DNA of 35,009 nucleotides from a virus (Duplodnaviria; Heunggongvirae; Uroviricota; Caudoviricetes): IMG/VR virus record IMGVR_UViG_3300031857_024897, positions 113,746 to 148,754 of that record; one strand, 5' to 3'. Shown piece by piece: positions 33,501 to 35,009 of this stretch (position 1 is its first letter; each line of letters starts with the position of its first letter). The notes under the pieces were generated by a model. It saw only the letters and a program-made list of their open reading frames with translations, ran no database searches and was not told where the DNA came from. The position numbers and the translations under genes were made by a program.

Positions 33501-33667
33501 TATGTAACAGTTGTTGGAATAACCCATTATTTAAATTCGACAAATCAGATTGGAACTGGTGTCCAGAACATAAAAATACTCCTAGGCAATTTGAATGCCA
33601 TAAATCTATAACGCCAGATATGGTGTTTCAAAGAATAAAAAAAGACATATTTAAGTATGAAAATTGA
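30557..33667 (+). CDS. Three-domain glycosyltransferase: GT-A (DxD) + GT4-like + TibC/AAH autotransporter heptosyltransferase-like
   Basis: IDADS; HLSTGGMP...KNQ...AASDVLIFNSTFECNPITLKEA; SLGDTIAWMPY...GLSSGLSWLAW...CNSCWN...WCP...QFEC. Confidence 0.88.
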   Translation: MNNKLKFDKAYILYATENYFPVIECTITSIRKFSKLPIIVYSINKKFETSNNDVYCEVMYNIHLRHKNNDDLYIKGLDESNFYIKRENPHIYSILIQKPFITIHALENYAKTVFFIDADSVIFNNIDIFFDLYPENENIPYFTKGIYDFLAYNEIGHEDGLENTVEHKLCELLNIDQSFRLNTSYRQSGYYISGQKSIPFLNEWYITCGMDIIFRNHAIYAPYNEETVLNCLLWKYKIDKGLPLIYVNGSLDRIDIINDNKNYLGIENEIQEWFKLPPQKNSVYFIHGEKRPNIIMDMINKIDEIKNRDSGKKTNILYLAPHLSTGGMPAFLLKRIEAIKKYYNDEFNIFVVEYTNYGDAFSVQKDMIKTMIDSDKFYSLGYLGEPIDNKYKLLDIIKYNNIDVVHIDEPIEGFDSFNPVPRDLINLLYSEDRSWNIVETCHNVVFNPKQSKEFHPDAYALCSKYHKNVTFADEKEILELIEYPIENFKKTKAEKLKAQLSLNLDPEVRHVLNVGIWTPGKNQKEFVEIAKLFENNNNLHFHAIGSLAPNFEDYWGPIVENLPKNITVWGERNDVHAFMAASDVLIFNSTFECNPITLKEAISFGLKILARDLNVYLDTYSQYIIPIDDNILDTKNKLEKIVNSKLFSYTATNEQNSFAEKHVNLYLNLKNKESKYKLDIAQSFVGQPYFEIKGKDNNTYHVEFIDENNTLVYSENITTNTWIRLNRKYYTKWKTNVSIDDKIIYSKTLSLKNERVYIAFDSNSLGDTIAWMPYCLEFKKKHNCYLIVSTFWNKLFVDVYPEIEFVTPGDIVYDLYAMYNIGYYYDNNSAPENPQIIPLQKVATNILGLNYHEISPRIKFNPGKRPIESRYVTIATDSTAQLKYWNYPRGWEILCEYLQNCGYKVISVSKEASKINGVINLSDTSIENTMNVIHHSEFLIGLSSGLSWLAWALDKHVVMIANFTDEDQEFKSNCTRIINKSVCNSCWNNPLFKFDKSDWNWCPEHKNTPRQFECHKSITPDMVFQRIKKDIFKYEN

Positions 33668-34022
33668 GGTATCAATTGGAGAAATTGTAGATAAGTTATC
33701 TATTTTACAAATAAAAAAAGAAAATATATCCGATGTTAATAAATTGTATAACGTAAATAATGAATTTAGTTATTTACATGATATTGTATTCAATGAGCTT
33801 AAAATCAGTGATGACGATTATTATAATCTTTTAATTATTAATAAAAGCTTGTGGGATATTGAAGATCATATACGAAAAAAAGAAATCGATAAATCATTCG
33901 ATGATGAGTTTATCGATTTAGCTAGAAAAGTTTATATTACAAACGACAAAAGATCCGTTATAAAAAAAGAAATAAATATAAAATATAACTCATTATTTGT
34001 TGAAGAAAAATCTTACAAATAA
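33657..34022 (+). CDS. DUF6165 family protein
   Basis: IEVSIGEIVDKLSILQIK...INKSLWDIED.IR...ARKVYITNDKR..IKKEIN. Confidence 0.85.
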   Translation: MKIEVSIGEIVDKLSILQIKKENISDVNKLYNVNNEFSYLHDIVFNELKISDDDYYNLLIINKSLWDIEDHIRKKEIDKSFDDEFIDLARKVYITNDKRSVIKKEINIKYNSLFVEEKSYK

Positions 34023-34059
34023 AAAAAAATGTGGCAGAATTAACTGCCACATTTTTTTT
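34021..34059. terminator. Bidirectional intrinsic terminator
   Basis: AAAAAAAAATGTGGCAG-AATTAA-CTGCCACATTTTTTTT between convergent genes. Confidence 0.92.
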
Positions 34060-35008
34060 ATGATAATATAGTGAAAACTAATTGTGGATGGAAATATAAT
34101 GTATATTCACTTAAAGCTACGCCAATTATCTGTACTACGTCATCTTTGGCTGATGGCGGTGTTGTAGTTATATTTCCTGCTGTAGTACTTAAATACCAAA
34201 TAGTATTAGGACCACCATATGCTCCAACACCTGAAGACACTTTTGTTACAAACCCGTGCATCAAAAAGTTTCCTGCTGCACCACTACTTAAGCTTGTTTC
34301 AAGACATAAAGCTATTGCAGGAGCTGTAGAGCCCGTATCTGCGTCAGCTTTTTTAAATTGACCAAGTGTTGCGTCAATATATACAACATCACCAAACGCT
34401 AATGATTCACCAGCAGTAAATCTGGTTATCATACCCCAACCCGCAGAGCCTGTTGTTCCTGTTGAAATTGGGTATATTGAGGTTATACCTGTAAGTGCTG
34501 GTGATGTTCCCGAAGTGCCAGATGTTCCACTCGAACCTGATGATCCGCTTGAGCCAGAAGACCCTGATGAACCACTTGAACCTGAAGAGCCAGAAGATCC
34601 TGATGTACCAGAAGATCCCGACCTACCGGATGTACCTGATGTTCCACTCGAACCTGATGATCCGCTTGAGCCAGAAGACCCTGATGAACCACTTGAACCT
34701 GAAGAGCCAGAAGATCCTGATGTACCAGAAGATCCTGACCTACCGGATGTGCCTGATGTACCACTCGAACCTGATGATCCGCTTGAGCCAGAAGACCCTG
34801 ATGAACCACTTGAACCTGAAGAGCCAGAAGATCCTGATGTACCAGAAGATCCTGACCTACCGGATGTGCCAGAAGTACCAGAAGAGCCTGACGAACCGCT
34901 CGAACCAGATGAGCCAGAAGAGCCTGATGACCCGCTTGAACCACTCGAACCAGATGAGCCAGATGTACCAGAAGAGCCTGATGACCCGCTTGAACCACTC
35001 GAACCAGA
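34058..35008 (-). CDS. (Gly-Ser/Thr-Ser)n collagen-like fibre protein with C-terminal cement/decoration-like domain; 5' partial
   Basis: The frame of track ORF 34058..34432 stays open to the window edge (...GSSGTSGRSG...GTSPALTGITSIYPISTGTTGSAGWGMITRFTAGE...). C-terminal domain AGESLAFGDVVY...KADA...YLSTTAGNITTTPP...VQIIGVA. Confidence 0.85.
   Translation of the reverse strand, partial: SGSSGSSGSSGSSGTSGSSGSSGSSGSSGSSGSSGSSGSSGSSGTSGTSGRSGSSGTSGSSGSSGSSGSSGSSGSSGSSGSSGTSGTSGRSGSSGTSGSSGSSGSSGSSGSSGSSGSSGSSGTSGTSGRSGSSGTSGSSGSSGSSGSSGSSGSSGSSGSSGTSGTSGTSPALTGITSIYPISTGTTGSAGWGMITRFTAGESLAFGDVVYIDATLGQFKKADADTGSTAPAIALCLETSLSSGAAGNFLMHGFVTKVSSGVGAYGGPNTIWYLSTTAGNITTTPPSAKDDVVQIIGVALSEYTLYFHPQLVFTILS
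34521..34871. repeat. Three near-identical 117-bp tandem repeats (13 Gly-X-Y triplets each)
   Basis: Units start at 34521, 34638 and 34755; each encodes GTS GRS GSS GTS (GSS)8 GTS. A further 54-bp-period repeat occurs at 34916 and 34970. Confidence 0.92.
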
Positions 35009-35009
35009 T

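Noticed and set aside
34521-34871. 117-bp repeats as a CRISPR array or origin iterons
   Set aside because: Head-to-tail units with no spacers, in frame in a coding sequence, and differing only at synonymous sites.
34483-34998. Track ORF with VQAGHQALL repeats, and + ORF 34071..34361
   Set aside because: Shadow frames of the Gly-Ser repeat gene; the real frame is continuous with 34058..34432.
1-35009. Stop-codon reassignment as seen in some large phages
   Set aside because: Conserved genes are intact in code 11, and TAA, TAG and TGA all end tightly coupled genes.
1-35009. tRNA/rRNA genes, integrase/transposase, introns/inteins, DGR
   Set aside because: No cloverleaf-like intergenic stretch, recombinase, homing endonuclease or reverse transcriptase was recognised; intergenic gaps are short. 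Not excluded without tRNAscan/Infernal.

Overview
AT-rich, gene-dense 35 kb segment of a large lytic phage that very probably infects Bacteroidota. Host evidence: TAnnTTTG promoters, a Bacteroidota-type sigmaA homolog, an Hc1 histone-like protein, signal peptides followed by Gln, SprB-like repeats, and A-rich start contexts with no obvious Shine-Dalgarno in those examined. Standard genetic code. Left to right: (1) 1-9.9 kb accessory region (SLT transglycosylase, DUF3310, Trx/Grx, DUF932, a degenerate MetK-fold protein, exported proteins, four small ORFs missed by the ORF track); (2) 9.9-14.7 kb E/K-rich putative head-internal proteins and an envelope/lysis-like cluster with a degenerate amidase; (3) 14.8-22.9 kb sigma factor plus replication/recombination genes (SbcC, SbcD, PD-(D/E)XK exonuclease, primase, RuvC-like); (4) 22.9-29.5 kb Cys-rich, Pro-Thr-repeat structural proteins; (5) 29.6-34.0 kb glycosyltransferase operon, including a three-domain enzyme with a TibC/AAH-type iron-finger module; (6) a (Gly-Ser-Ser)n collagen-like fibre gene running off the right edge. 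Best candidate new system: a phage protein-glycosylation cassette flanked by its likely Ser/Thr-rich virion substrates. Other strong leads are the MetK pseudoenzyme, a rearranged SbcCD and a two-class promoter system. All family assignments come from motif recognition by eye; no searches were run.
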